32,000 nucleotides of DNA. Origin: an uncultured Chloroflexia bacterium (lineage in GTDB: Bacteria > Chloroflexota > Ktedonobacteria > Ktedonobacterales > JADMIN01). Each line of letters opens with the position of its first letter. Positions within the stretch are counted from its first letter, which is position 1. This document shows positions 15,859 to 24,540 of this stretch, piece after piece. The translations under genes were made by a program, and so were the position numbers. The notes beneath the pieces were generated by a model that was not told the DNA's origin, made no database searches, and was given only the letters and a program-made list of their open reading frames with translations. Location of the stretch: positions 300,001 to 332,000 of the forward strand of contig CAVRAI010000001.1 of assembly GCA_963718915.1 (NCBI GenBank), written 5' to 3'.

Positions 15859-16797
15859 ATGGTGGCAGTTGTCAGCACACCACAGGCGGTGGATGAGCCA
15901 GCGCCCTGGGCTGTCCATCTGCCCGGCTTCGACGGCCCGCTCGACCTGCTGCTCCATCTGATCGAGCGCAACCAGCTCGAAATCACGGCCATCTCGCTCG
16001 TTGCCGTCACCGACCAGTTCATCGCCTATCTGCGCATGTGGGATGAGCCGCCGCTGCCACGCCTGGCGGAGTTCGTGACGATGGCCGCGCGCCTCCTGCT
16101 CATCAAGTCGCGTAGTCTGCTCCCACGCCAGCCCCGCCAGGAAATTGCGGAGGACGAGAGCGATCCGCTCGACGACGCCGAACAGCTACGCCGTCACCTG
16201 CTCGAATATAAACTGGCAAAAGATATCGCCGGGATGCTGCGCGCGCGCGAACTGGCGGGATTGCAGTCCTACACGCGCCAGGGACGGCTGCTACTCGATC
16301 CCGACGCCGTGCTGCAATGGAGTCCGCCGAAGCTCGTTGGGCTGAACGTCGGCGCGCTCTCGCATATCTTCCGCCGCGTGCTGACCGAGAAGCGCTTCTC
16401 CGAGCCGGAGGAGCTGCCGTTGCCGCTGGTGACGGTGGCCGACAAGATGGCCGAGGTCGAGGAGTTGCTGGCGCGCAAGCCAAAACTGCTGCTTGAAGAG
16501 ATCCTGCTGAGCGCCACCTCGCGCTTCGCCGTGGTGGTGACCTTCCTCGCCGTGCTAGAGATGTGGCACCAGGCGCGCATCCGGGTCGAACAGGACGAAC
16601 TCTTCGGCCCAATCTATGTGCTCCGCGCGCTCCACAAGCCAGCGATTGCGTCAGATACCGAAGATACATCACCACCCACTGATGACGAGGCGCCGGGCGA
16701 GCCGACTCCCGCCGCCACCACCCTGGCGAAACCGCGCCGCGCCAAGCGCGCCAAAAAAGCTGTAGCACCGCATACAGGTGAATTGATCGGCCAGTAG
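15859..16797 (+). CDS. scpA: segregation and condensation protein A (ScpA kleisin)
   Basis: FDGPLDLLLHLIERNQLEITAISLVAVTDQFIAYL is the canonical ScpA N-terminus. The start is placed at the Met with SD gaggga (15859); the ORF is open from 15724. The C-terminal tail is Pro/Ala/Lys-rich. Confidence 0.85.
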   Translation: MVAVVSTPQAVDEPAPWAVHLPGFDGPLDLLLHLIERNQLEITAISLVAVTDQFIAYLRMWDEPPLPRLAEFVTMAARLLLIKSRSLLPRQPRQEIAEDESDPLDDAEQLRRHLLEYKLAKDIAGMLRARELAGLQSYTRQGRLLLDPDAVLQWSPPKLVGLNVGALSHIFRRVLTEKRFSEPEELPLPLVTVADKMAEVEELLARKPKLLLEEILLSATSRFAVVVTFLAVLEMWHQARIRVEQDELFGPIYVLRALHKPAIASDTEDTSPPTDDEAPGEPTPAATTLAKPRRAKRAKKAVAPHTGELIGQ

Positions 16798-16798
16798 T

Positions 16799-16817
16799 TC
16801 AGGCATGGGGCGCCTGA
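16799..16817. terminator. short hairpin between convergent scpA and the WD40 gene
   Basis: tcaggc-atggggc-gcctga (6-bp stem, 7-nt loop) fills the 20-bp convergent gap. There is no clear U tract. Confidence 0.25.
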
Positions 16818-17774
16818 TCAAACTGGTATCCAGATGCGCACATCACCTGCGCGACCGCTGCTAGCCGAGACGATACGCTGGCTATCAGGTGACCAGGCGA
16901 CCGCGAGCACAAGCCCTTGATGCTCCCGATAGGTGAAAATAAGTTGTCCACTCTGGGCGTCCAGTACTCGCACCGTTGAGTCATAGCTGCCTGAAGCAAT
17001 TCTTTGCCCATCAGGCGACCAGGTGACAGTGTAAACAGGCCCGGCATGACCAGTAGCCGTAAATAGACGAGTTGTATCGGAGGCGCGCCACACCTGAACA
17101 GAGTTATCGCCCGTTGTCGCGGTCGTCAATCCTCCTGCTGAGGCAATCTGATCTCCATCAGGAGACCACGCTAATGCGAGAACGCTGTTGGCGTGTCCAC
17201 GATATTCCTTCGGAATTGACGTAACGCCCCGCACATGCGGTGAGTTCCCCGCGAAAGCAGCGAACTGGCTATTCCAGACACGGACTACGCCACTCATATC
17301 CCCAGTTGCGATCAAGCTTCCATCCGGCGACCAGGCCAATGTTTCCACATGGTTGCCAGTACGCCCCTGCAACGTAAAGACTGGGGCGCCAGTGGCGCTA
17401 TCCCAAATCTCAACAATCCCGTCGCCGCCACCGCTAACTACCCGCTTTCCATCAGGGGACCAGGATAGAGAGTAGGCTTTGAGGACATGGTAGACCTGTG
17501 GACGATACCCTGCCCGATCTTGGCCAGTATTCGCATCGAATATGACTATCGGTCCTTGATTATCAGCGGCAATCCATTGACCATCAGGAGACCAGGCGAT
17601 GGGCGGATTGGCATTGGGATAGCGAGTGATTCGCATACCTGTACTGGCGTCCCAGACATGCACCCCGCCCTCATCACCCCCGCCAAAATTCGATGATGCG
17701 ACCTGCTTGCCATCTGGCGACCAGGCAACAGCTTCCGCGCCTGAGCTATGGCCTCTGTAGACGAGTTCAGCCAT
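16818..17774 (-). CDS. WD40 repeat (7-blade beta-propeller) protein
   Basis: Seven repeats of the ...H...V..(V/L)AWSPDG..(I/V)AS...D..V(R/H)VW(D/N) type. The start is placed at MAELVYRGH (17774) with SD ggggga; the ORF is open to 17858. Confidence 0.85.
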   Translation of the reverse strand: MAELVYRGHSSGAEAVAWSPDGKQVASSNFGGGDEGGVHVWDASTGMRITRYPNANPPIAWSPDGQWIAADNQGPIVIFDANTGQDRAGYRPQVYHVLKAYSLSWSPDGKRVVSGGGDGIVEIWDSATGAPVFTLQGRTGNHVETLAWSPDGSLIATGDMSGVVRVWNSQFAAFAGNSPHVRGVTSIPKEYRGHANSVLALAWSPDGDQIASAGGLTTATTGDNSVQVWRASDTTRLFTATGHAGPVYTVTWSPDGQRIASGSYDSTVRVLDAQSGQLIFTYREHQGLVLAVAWSPDSQRIVSASSGRAGDVRIWIPV

Positions 17775-17895
17775 GCAATCCCCCTGTTGCGTCAGCAATA
17801 CTACCAGATTCAGTATATGTATCGAACGTACCACACTTGGTACGCAGATGCGTTGCATTATAGTACCAATGCTCAGGTTATGGCGCGCTACGAGG

Positions 17896-18534
17896 TTAGT
17901 TCACTGGCTCTGGCTGATGCGCTGTAGTGGAATGATTGGAGCTATCGACGCGATGGCCTCCCGCATGGTGAACGTCTGGCCTGCTTTCTGGCTTGCGCAG
18001 GTGCATCACCCCATCAAGGATACGGATGGTGACGCCCAGTACGATAATGACCAGCGCGTTGACCGCCAGCTCGATCATGGCGTTGCGAAACTCGTCGGCT
18101 GTCAGGGCCGCTCCAGCGCCAGTGAGGTAGAGCCGCGCGCCGATGGAGAGAATACCACGGGTGGCGGAGATGATGCCGATTATCAGAAACGGCTCGACGG
18201 AGGTGTCACCCTTCTCGACGTACGAGCGAATCGTGCTGAGCAACTCCATGATAATCAGCACCAGCAGCAGGTCGCTGACGAAATCGAGGACGTCCTGCGC
18301 GGCGCCATTCAGGGGCAGGACGAGCGCGAAGTGGTAGAGCAGATGGCTGATGCTGAAGATGAACGCCAGCACGGCCGCCGCAACAAATGCGAGACCCACC
18401 AGCGCATAGACCACCAGATCCAACCCATCCAGGATGCGGGAGACAATGAGCCGGATGCCTTTCACATCTACTTCGGGCAACCCCGGGCTACTCTCGTTTG
18501 ACACATTGCGATGCCGGGAAAAACCAATCATCAT
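17896..18534 (-). CDS. PsiE-like (phosphate-starvation-inducible E family) membrane protein, paralogue 1
   Basis: DLLLVLIIMELLSTIRSYVEKGDTSVEPFLIIGIISATRGIL resembles the PsiE core (E-rich TM, then IGI.A..R.I). The start is placed at the ATGATG with SD gaggag. Confidence 0.55.
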   Translation of the reverse strand: MMIGFSRHRNVSNESSPGLPEVDVKGIRLIVSRILDGLDLVVYALVGLAFVAAAVLAFIFSISHLLYHFALVLPLNGAAQDVLDFVSDLLLVLIIMELLSTIRSYVEKGDTSVEPFLIIGIISATRGILSIGARLYLTGAGAALTADEFRNAMIELAVNALVIIVLGVTIRILDGVMHLRKPESRPDVHHAGGHRVDSSNHSTTAHQPEPVN

Positions 18535-18764
18535 GCACTCCTCTGCTCTAACAGCGAAACAGGTAAGTGTCCACAATAAACGTATGGGACACCATACCGT
18601 ATCTCACCGCGAAAAACAAGAGGGCAGCGCATGCTGGAAACACGCGACGCTGTGCGCCACTCGCTCTAGCGCGCATGGCGGCGGGCCGACCCCACCCAGG
18701 AGCCACTATGGGATATCAAGCTGGCGTGAGGCTGACCCGCCACGGGTTCTTCTGATAGCGCCGA

Positions 18765-19403
18765 TTATGACTGACCTGGCGGCGTCGCTGGCAGTGGCGG
18801 CGAGGCAAGCGCCGGATCTTTGGCCTGCCTATCGCCCGCGTGATGGCCATCTGGCTGCGCGATCAGGCCATCGAGAATGCGCATAGTGATGCCCAGCGCG
18901 ATAATGACCAGCGCGTTGACCGCCAACTCGATCATGGCATTGCGAAAGTCGTCGGCGCTCAGCGTCCCACCCGTGATATAGAGCCGCGCGCCGACGGAGA
19001 GAATACCACGGGTGGCCGAGATGATGCCGATAATCAAGAATGGCTCGACCGAGGTATCGCCCTTCTCGACATACGAGCGAATGGTCCCCAGCAGCTCCAT
19101 GATGATCAGCACCAGCAGCAGATCGCTGACGAAGTTGAGGACGTCCTGCGCAATGCTGGGATAGGATACGTTCAGCTGAACGCTGATACCGAGCGAGAGC
19201 AGCAGGTTAAAGATGACCTGGGCGATACTGAAGGCGAAGGCCAGGACGGCGGCGGCGACGAACGCGACACCCACCAGCGCATAAACCACCAGATCAAGCG
19301 CATTCAAGAGGCGCAGGATCGCCAGCCTGATACCCCTCACCTCCCTGTGCGGCAGCGTTCCAGTCACATTTCCTTTGGCTCTACGTCTGGACAAACGAAT
19401 CAT
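18765..19403 (-). CDS. PsiE-like membrane protein, paralogue 2
   Basis: The core block is nearly identical to paralogue 1 (DLLLVLIIMELLGTIRSYVEKGDTSVEPFLIIGIISATRGILS). The start is placed at MIRLSRRRAKG (19403) with SD gaggaag. Confidence 0.55.
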   Translation of the reverse strand: MIRLSRRRAKGNVTGTLPHREVRGIRLAILRLLNALDLVVYALVGVAFVAAAVLAFAFSIAQVIFNLLLSLGISVQLNVSYPSIAQDVLNFVSDLLLVLIIMELLGTIRSYVEKGDTSVEPFLIIGIISATRGILSVGARLYITGGTLSADDFRNAMIELAVNALVIIALGITMRILDGLIAQPDGHHAGDRQAKDPALASPPLPATPPGQS

Positions 19404-19503
19404 CACATCTTCCTCGGTTCTCACCGTATCGCAGACACACAACTCGTAGCTCATCTGTCTGCCAGAGGAGAGAATAGGCCGAGTGTCGATGGAAAACAAG
19501 GGG

Positions 19504-20259
19504 TTAGTGTAGCGTCGCGGCGACCAGCGCGCTACTGACCGCGTAGACGATCAACATCTGCGCCGGGCCGTAGGTGAGCCAGACCGCGTCGCCAATATGC
19601 GGGAAACGTATCCTGCCGAATCGCTCGCCCGCGACGAGCAGATCGCTGAGGAGGAAGAGCGCCGCGCCGAGGGCCAACAGGACGAACACGGACGCCTGCA
19701 TCGCCAGTCCTACGGCGACGCCCGCCGTCGTGGCGAGCAGCAGCGCATACGGGAGCGCTGCCCAGCGCAGTATCATCGCATCTTTGCCACCGCAAAAGAC
19801 GGCTACGTACCAGCCCGCCAGTCCAACCAGCGGCGCGACGCCCGTGATGGCCCACTGAACATGCGGCGTCAGTGAGAGTATCGCGACGATATAGGCGATA
19901 TGGCCGAGTGCGAACGCCGCCATGCCCGCCAGAAATCCCTGTTTGACGGAAAGCGCGTCCGCTAGCAGCAGATCGCCGAGGAAGCCGAGCGTCATGCCTA
20001 TCGCCAGGAGCAGTGCGAACTCCACAACGCCGGGTGTGGCGCGCGCGACCAGATACCAGCTCCATGCCGCAACGGCAAGAGTCGCCGAGGACGCCAGCCG
20101 TAGCCACGTGACCATTCGCTGTCGCAAGAAGAAGGATGCCACGACGCTGCCCAGCAGCAGCGCCGCCCAGACGACCAGCAGAACAGTCAGCCAGGCCGAA
20201 GCGGTGGCATTATGAACGGCAAACATGGGTGGCAGTGTGCTCCTTGTCCCCCTCTCCAT
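19504..20259 (-). CDS. YhhN/lysoplasmalogenase-family membrane protein
   Basis: Eight or so TM helices with the paired motifs FLGDLLLAD and LLSDLLVAGERF, characteristic of the YhhN/TMEM86 family. The start is uncertain (20259 or Met12 at 20226). Confidence 0.7.
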   Translation of the reverse strand: MERGTRSTLPPMFAVHNATASAWLTVLLVVWAALLLGSVVASFFLRQRMVTWLRLASSATLAVAAWSWYLVARATPGVVEFALLLAIGMTLGFLGDLLLADALSVKQGFLAGMAAFALGHIAYIVAILSLTPHVQWAITGVAPLVGLAGWYVAVFCGGKDAMILRWAALPYALLLATTAGVAVGLAMQASVFVLLALGAALFLLSDLLVAGERFGRIRFPHIGDAVWLTYGPAQMLIVYAVSSALVAATLH

Positions 20260-20753
20260 GTCAGGGAGGGAGTGATGCGTTGTTGACGCCCTTCGTCTCG
20301 GGCAACCTCTTCAGTTTCCAGTCAGTCTCTCACCAACCCACAACTCATTGGCATTGGATCTGAAACACGTGATCATCGTGTAATCATTTTGCCAAGCTTG
20401 GCATGCCTGATCCCCGGCATTCTAATTCGGTTCCACTGTGTCATTAAGTGTCAGGATACGGCAAGGCGCACAGGCCTACTAACTCGCTTCTGTACCAGCG
20501 CCGCAGCAGATAGTCGATCGCCATCTCGCGCCTTTAAATCGTGATCATAGGGTCCAAGTGCAGGAATCTCATGGGTACTGCTACTTGTGGGTTGCCAGCA
20601 ATAATACGCACAGATCAAGCCGTAACTCAGCAATAACACGCGTAGCTCGTTGAACATATTGACAGCACAAAACGCACATGATAATTTTGCTACCACCGGA
20701 AAGCAGAAAGGAGGTAATGAACCACAACGAATTGCTAAGTTGTGCAAGGTGTT

Positions 20754-20808
20754 AGGATGGTTCCGCGTTTTCGCCTTCGTCGTTTCCCAGGATGGTTCCG
20801 CGTTTTCG
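20754..20808 (+). repeat. 20-bp perfect direct repeat (aggatggttccgcgttttcg) at 35-bp period
   Basis: Copies are at 20754-20773 and 20789-20808 in the AT-richer intergenic region upstream of the peptidase locus. They share the 9-mer aggatggtt with the 37-bp repeat at 21110. Confidence 0.85.
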
Positions 20809-20917
20809 GTTGAAATTGCTCAGGGTGCGTAATCACCTGTTGGCGCGATCTCGCCGGACAACCTGAGAGACAAAGAACGAAGAAGGTAGTTTCTACTTAC
20901 ACAGGAGGTAATCAGAT

Positions 20918-21013
20918 ATGCGCGTGCCGTGGCGACAACTTGCCGCCTTTATTGTGGCACTGAGCCTGGCAGCCGTCGTTGCCGCATCACCACTTTTATC
21001 AGGCTCTGGGTAG
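20918..21013 (+). pseudogene. orphaned signal-peptide exon of the downstream cysteine peptidase gene (ends at an in-frame TAG)
   Basis: SD aggaggt lies 7 nt upstream of ATG 20918. The translation MRVPWRQLAAFIVALSLAAVVAASPLLSGSG* is a typical Sec signal peptide. After the TAG (21011-21013) the same frame stays open and reads into the first copy of the 37-bp repeat as ...RMVTATASWPQHQD. Confidence 0.6.
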
Positions 21014-21044
21014 GCTTCGTTGGCATCAGTTGTGCCAGTAGCGC

Positions 21045-21974
21045 ATGCTGCTCCTGCCATCCCTTGTTGTGGCGGAGGCAATGGCAACTGGTACGGGGCA
21101 GACGCGGGCAGGATGGTTACAGCGACTGCTAGCTGGCCGCAGCACCAGGATGGTTACAGCGACTGCTAGCTGGCCGCAGCACCAGGATAACTGGTGCGGC
21201 GTCGCGAGCATTTATACTATCGAGTTATACGATTGGCTCAAATCCACTGGCAGCACGAGCGGCGCGCCACAAAAAAGTCAAGAAGCTGTGGCAGCGCGAT
21301 TGAACTCCTCAGCAGCCGTTAGTCCATGGGGTAGAGCAGTATCAGGCGCGGGAGGTCCTGGGCCGACGTTCGCAGCCGATATTAGTGCGGATGGTGGTAC
21401 AGATCCTCGCGCTATGACTTGGGGCGCATGGGATGTGACCCCGCTCGGTTACTACTTTCACAACTGGATATATCGTACGGGCAACCAGACTGCCACTAAC
21501 GATTTCTCCAGTGACTTTGGGCCAGCACATGGAGTCAACAACCCCTTCATTGTAGTCATCAACAAGGGTCTCCATGCCTTCGTCGTTGATGGCGTCTGGG
21601 CGCCGACGGATCCATCAGCAAACTGGGGATCAGAGACGGCAATTTCCACGTGGGATCCATTTGCTGGAAGGAATGGCCAATATCCCTACAACTCGTGGAA
21701 GAATGAGGCATGGTCTACGTACGATTGGTTGCATACAAGCTTCCTGTGGCAACAGCCGTACTATACCGGCAATGGCTACGACCCCGACCCAGTCACGACG
21801 AACAAGCCATACTATGTGCCACCGTTTCCCAATTTCGACGAGCAACGCTGGCACTGGAACACCTACTACGTCACGGTCGAGCAGGATACCATCACCAGTT
21901 GCAGCGCCAGTCCGAATTATGCCTTCGACGAACATGGAAACTTCTCTGCGTACAACGGCTATCAATGTGGATAG
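21045..21974 (+). CDS. papain-fold cysteine peptidase (Peptidase_C39_2-like); 5' region disrupted by a 37-bp duplication, likely pseudogene
   Basis: Q-x5-C signature QHQDNWCGVAS (catalytic Cys) and downstream GLHAFVVDG (catalytic His). The ORF as it stands begins at an ATG with no SD and no signal peptide, and reads repeat copy 1 out of the ancestral frame. Confidence 0.55.
   Translation: MLLLPSLVVAEAMATGTGQTRAGWLQRLLAGRSTRMVTATASWPQHQDNWCGVASIYTIELYDWLKSTGSTSGAPQKSQEAVAARLNSSAAVSPWGRAVSGAGGPGPTFAADISADGGTDPRAMTWGAWDVTPLGYYFHNWIYRTGNQTATNDFSSDFGPAHGVNNPFIVVINKGLHAFVVDGVWAPTDPSANWGSETAISTWDPFAGRNGQYPYNSWKNEAWSTYDWLHTSFLWQQPYYTGNGYDPDPVTTNKPYYVPPFPNFDEQRWHWNTYYVTVEQDTITSCSASPNYAFDEHGNFSAYNGYQCG
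21110..21183 (+). repeat. perfect 37-bp tandem duplication (aggatggttacagcgactgctagctggccgcagcacc x2)
   Basis: Copies at 21110-21146 and 21147-21183 are identical. Both are flanked by caggat microhomology, and the next bases are aggataac. The length is not a multiple of 3. Confidence 0.95.
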
Positions 21975-22055
21975 ACGTTGCCAGGCAAGAAGAAGTGTAG
22001 GGCATGATTCTCACATGACAGGGTTGCCGTATAGAGTCGGTGAAAGGATCGAAAC

Positions 22056-22874
22056 ATGTCGGCTCACAGGCCCCAAATTACCAAGCGGAAGGCCAGTAGA
22101 TCGGCTCGACAGAGCAGCGCCATACCTATTGCGGTAGTTCTCGTATTCGTGCTCACGTTGACGGTTGGCGTTTGGGGAGCGATAAGCGCACGTGCATCGG
22201 GAACAGGGGACAATGTTACTCCAGGACCTGGACTCATAGGTAAACTTGCCGCGACATGCGGACTTTCAGGTCAGGCAGATTGTACTCCTGTTGATCCTGG
22301 CTGGATTTCCGTGACTTCTTCGCTGCCGGGCGATATTGCCACAGTAATAACCAAAAGTGGCGCCTTCCAGGCAATGCAAGCGCGATATGGAGGACGCAGG
22401 CTCGACATGCCTGTGCGAGTGCATTTGTTTGGCCCGCACGCCGGAAGCAGTTATGTCGATGACGATCATTGGGTGGTGTCTGTATGCGATGATACCGGCA
22501 CAGAGATTGGAGTGTTCGACTTCGCGTACGATGCGACTCAGAAGCGCATTCGCTTCGTTGCTTATGGCTCGGCAACTCTCGATGATCCACGATATGGACA
22601 CCCCTTCCCGTACACGCAAGCCGATATGGCGGTGGCACAAATGAATCGGGATAAACGTGTGGTACCGATGGTTGGGCACGCGCCTGAGTTGGTCTATTTC
22701 GCAGTGGATCCCCAGTGGCGTGCGCCAAACTCGTCAGTTCGTTGGACTGGTGGAGGCGCCTCTCCTATGACGCCGATCTGGCATATCGTGGGAAGCGATG
22801 GGAGAGACTACTTTGCTGGGACGGACGGGCATACGTACATACTGAGCGATCTTCCTACGGCAAAGCAGCCATAG
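22056..22874 (+). CDS. hypothetical membrane-anchored exported protein
   Basis: A basic N-terminus and then a single TM helix (AIPIAVVLVFVLTLTVGVWGAI) precede a roughly 220-aa soluble domain with no motif I recognise. It lies directly downstream of the peptidase gene. Confidence 0.5.
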   Translation: MSAHRPQITKRKASRSARQSSAIPIAVVLVFVLTLTVGVWGAISARASGTGDNVTPGPGLIGKLAATCGLSGQADCTPVDPGWISVTSSLPGDIATVITKSGAFQAMQARYGGRRLDMPVRVHLFGPHAGSSYVDDDHWVVSVCDDTGTEIGVFDFAYDATQKRIRFVAYGSATLDDPRYGHPFPYTQADMAVAQMNRDKRVVPMVGHAPELVYFAVDPQWRAPNSSVRWTGGGASPMTPIWHIVGSDGRDYFAGTDGHTYILSDLPTAKQP

Positions 22875-22996
22875 ACAAATCCTGGTGACCAGTTTTCCTG
22901 CCCAGAGTTTGTGGCGCCTGCGTTCCCACTTTCCTGGGCAGGGAGTATAGACCGTCTTCTTTCAGACCAGATCCAGAGTAGAGTAGAGGCGCAACT

Positions 22997-23689
22997 ATGG
23001 AGTATACGGCAGGCATGAAACCACGCGATAGGCAAGAGAGACGACCGAAACCTAGCCATGTTAATACACTCATGCATTATCCGCTGCTGTGTTTCAACGT
23101 GCCATCGGTACTTGGAATCCACTATCGTCGTGCCGCAACTGGATCGCGGAATGCAGGGCGCGACGCCATCGTCTGGCCTCTGCTATTCCTAATGTGCATC
23201 GGGCTGGTAGGGTGCGCCACGCCAACCGTCGGCGCAGGCGCAACACCTGGTGTATATCACGACAGCCGCTTCGGCTTCGACGTGACGTTGCCGCAGGGGT
23301 GGCGCGCGGGCTCGTGGGAGAATACCAAGCCTGATGTTGGTGAGTGCGCTCACGACGTGGATGTTTTCCCGCCCGGAAGCAAGGCCACCGCCCAGCGCGG
23401 CATCGAGGGACATGAACCTGAACTCATGGCCATCACGGTCACTATCAACTGCCCGCAGTTTTCACCATCCGCTGACCCGGCCCTGGTGCGCGATCCAGAG
23501 GCGTTGACTGTCGCTGGCGCTTCAGCCGCACTTTACACCCACGACAGCCCGCAATCGCTGGTGCGACTCGCTGTTGTCAGCCTCCACGGGCGCGAGTATC
23601 TCTTCATGCTCCAGGCGCCGCTCAACAAATCTGGAGATGTAGACCTTTTCATGCGCATGCTGCAAAGCGTCACGTTCTTAGGCGGGTGA
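22997..23689 (+). CDS. hypothetical lipoprotein
   Basis: Lipobox LVGC after the hydrophobic stretch WPLLFLMCIG, then FGFDVTLPQGW, which resembles PsbP/DcrB-like folds. The true start is probably internal (Met26 or the GTG at 23100). Confidence 0.45.
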   Translation: MEYTAGMKPRDRQERRPKPSHVNTLMHYPLLCFNVPSVLGIHYRRAATGSRNAGRDAIVWPLLFLMCIGLVGCATPTVGAGATPGVYHDSRFGFDVTLPQGWRAGSWENTKPDVGECAHDVDVFPPGSKATAQRGIEGHEPELMAITVTINCPQFSPSADPALVRDPEALTVAGASAALYTHDSPQSLVRLAVVSLHGREYLFMLQAPLNKSGDVDLFMRMLQSVTFLGG

Positions 23690-23709
23690 CAGCCACTCGC
23701 ACCCTGCCG

Positions 23710-24540
23710 CTATCGCAGCACCTTCGCGGGCCGTTCAGGCGCCTCGGTCGTCTCTTTGCTCAGCCACATACGCGAGAGCTTGCGCGGCGGATCGATCACC
23801 ATGCTCCAGAAGCACTGGCCGATGTATGAGGTCAGCGGCAGCCGTTCGGGGCGAATCTCCTGGCCGCCCGCGCGCGTCGTGTGGTTCAGGATTGCCTGGC
23901 GCAGATCCTCCGCCGTCGAGCCAGGGAAGAGCGTATAGCCCGCGCCGATGTGCTGCCAGAAGTGCGCATCGCTGCTGCCGGTGCCCGCGAATTGCCAGTC
24001 GCCGTTGAGCAGCTTCACCTGTTCGCGCGCGCCAGCATTGGCGGGCGAGGGGTTATAGAGTTCGATGCCGTCGATGGGGTAGCCGCGCGTCAGCAGGTCG
24101 TCTATCTTACGGCGGCTCAGGCTCGGCACCAGACGGCCCATGGGATGCGGGATGAGGCAGAGGCCGCCCTGCTCCTTGATCGCCTCGATGGCGGCTTCGA
24201 CATGGGTGAGGAACTTCACCGGGCGCTTCATGAAGAGGCCGAGGAAGTGGCCCTGGCGCGTCGTCACCTCGCAGCCCCAGATCATCTCGATATCGCTGCC
24301 GGTCTGGTCTATCAGTTCCTGGACGCGCTTGCAGCCCTCCATGTGGTCGTGATCGGTGACGGCGATGACCTTCAAGCCGCGTTGCTTCGCTACCTCTAGC
24401 AGGCGCTGCGGGCTGGCCGTGCCGTCGCCGAGGTTGGTGTGCAGGTGCAGATCGGCCCTCGACATCCCCGCTGGGTCAGCCGCATGCTGCTCTGGGTCCC
24501 CATACTCCGGCACAATCAACGGTTCATTCTCCACGGTCAT
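23710..24540 (-). CDS. PHP-domain metal-dependent phosphoesterase
   Basis: The ADLHLHTNLGDGTASP ... VIAVTDHDHMEG ... HP ... SSDAH motif series is typical of PHP (polymerase/histidinol-phosphatase) family proteins. Confidence 0.8.
   Translation of the reverse strand: MTVENEPLIVPEYGDPEQHAADPAGMSRADLHLHTNLGDGTASPQRLLEVAKQRGLKVIAVTDHDHMEGCKRVQELIDQTGSDIEMIWGCEVTTRQGHFLGLFMKRPVKFLTHVEAAIEAIKEQGGLCLIPHPMGRLVPSLSRRKIDDLLTRGYPIDGIELYNPSPANAGAREQVKLLNGDWQFAGTGSSDAHFWQHIGAGYTLFPGSTAEDLRQAILNHTTRAGGQEIRPERLPLTSYIGQCFWSMVIDPPRKLSRMWLSKETTEAPERPAKVLR

Noticed and set aside
20451-20832. ORFs of 98 aa (minus) and 60 aa (plus) in the AT-richer intergenic region, and a 12-codon ORF after aaaggaggtaATG at 20718
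   Set aside because: There are no recognisable protein features. The plus ORF reads through the 20-bp repeats in two different frames. The SD-ATG spacing of the 12-codon ORF is only about 2 nt.
21011-21013. TAG in the peptidase leader as a recoded (pyrrolysine or read-through) codon
   Set aside because: There is no supporting context. The same gene also carries a frame-breaking 37-bp duplication, so pseudogenisation is more parsimonious.
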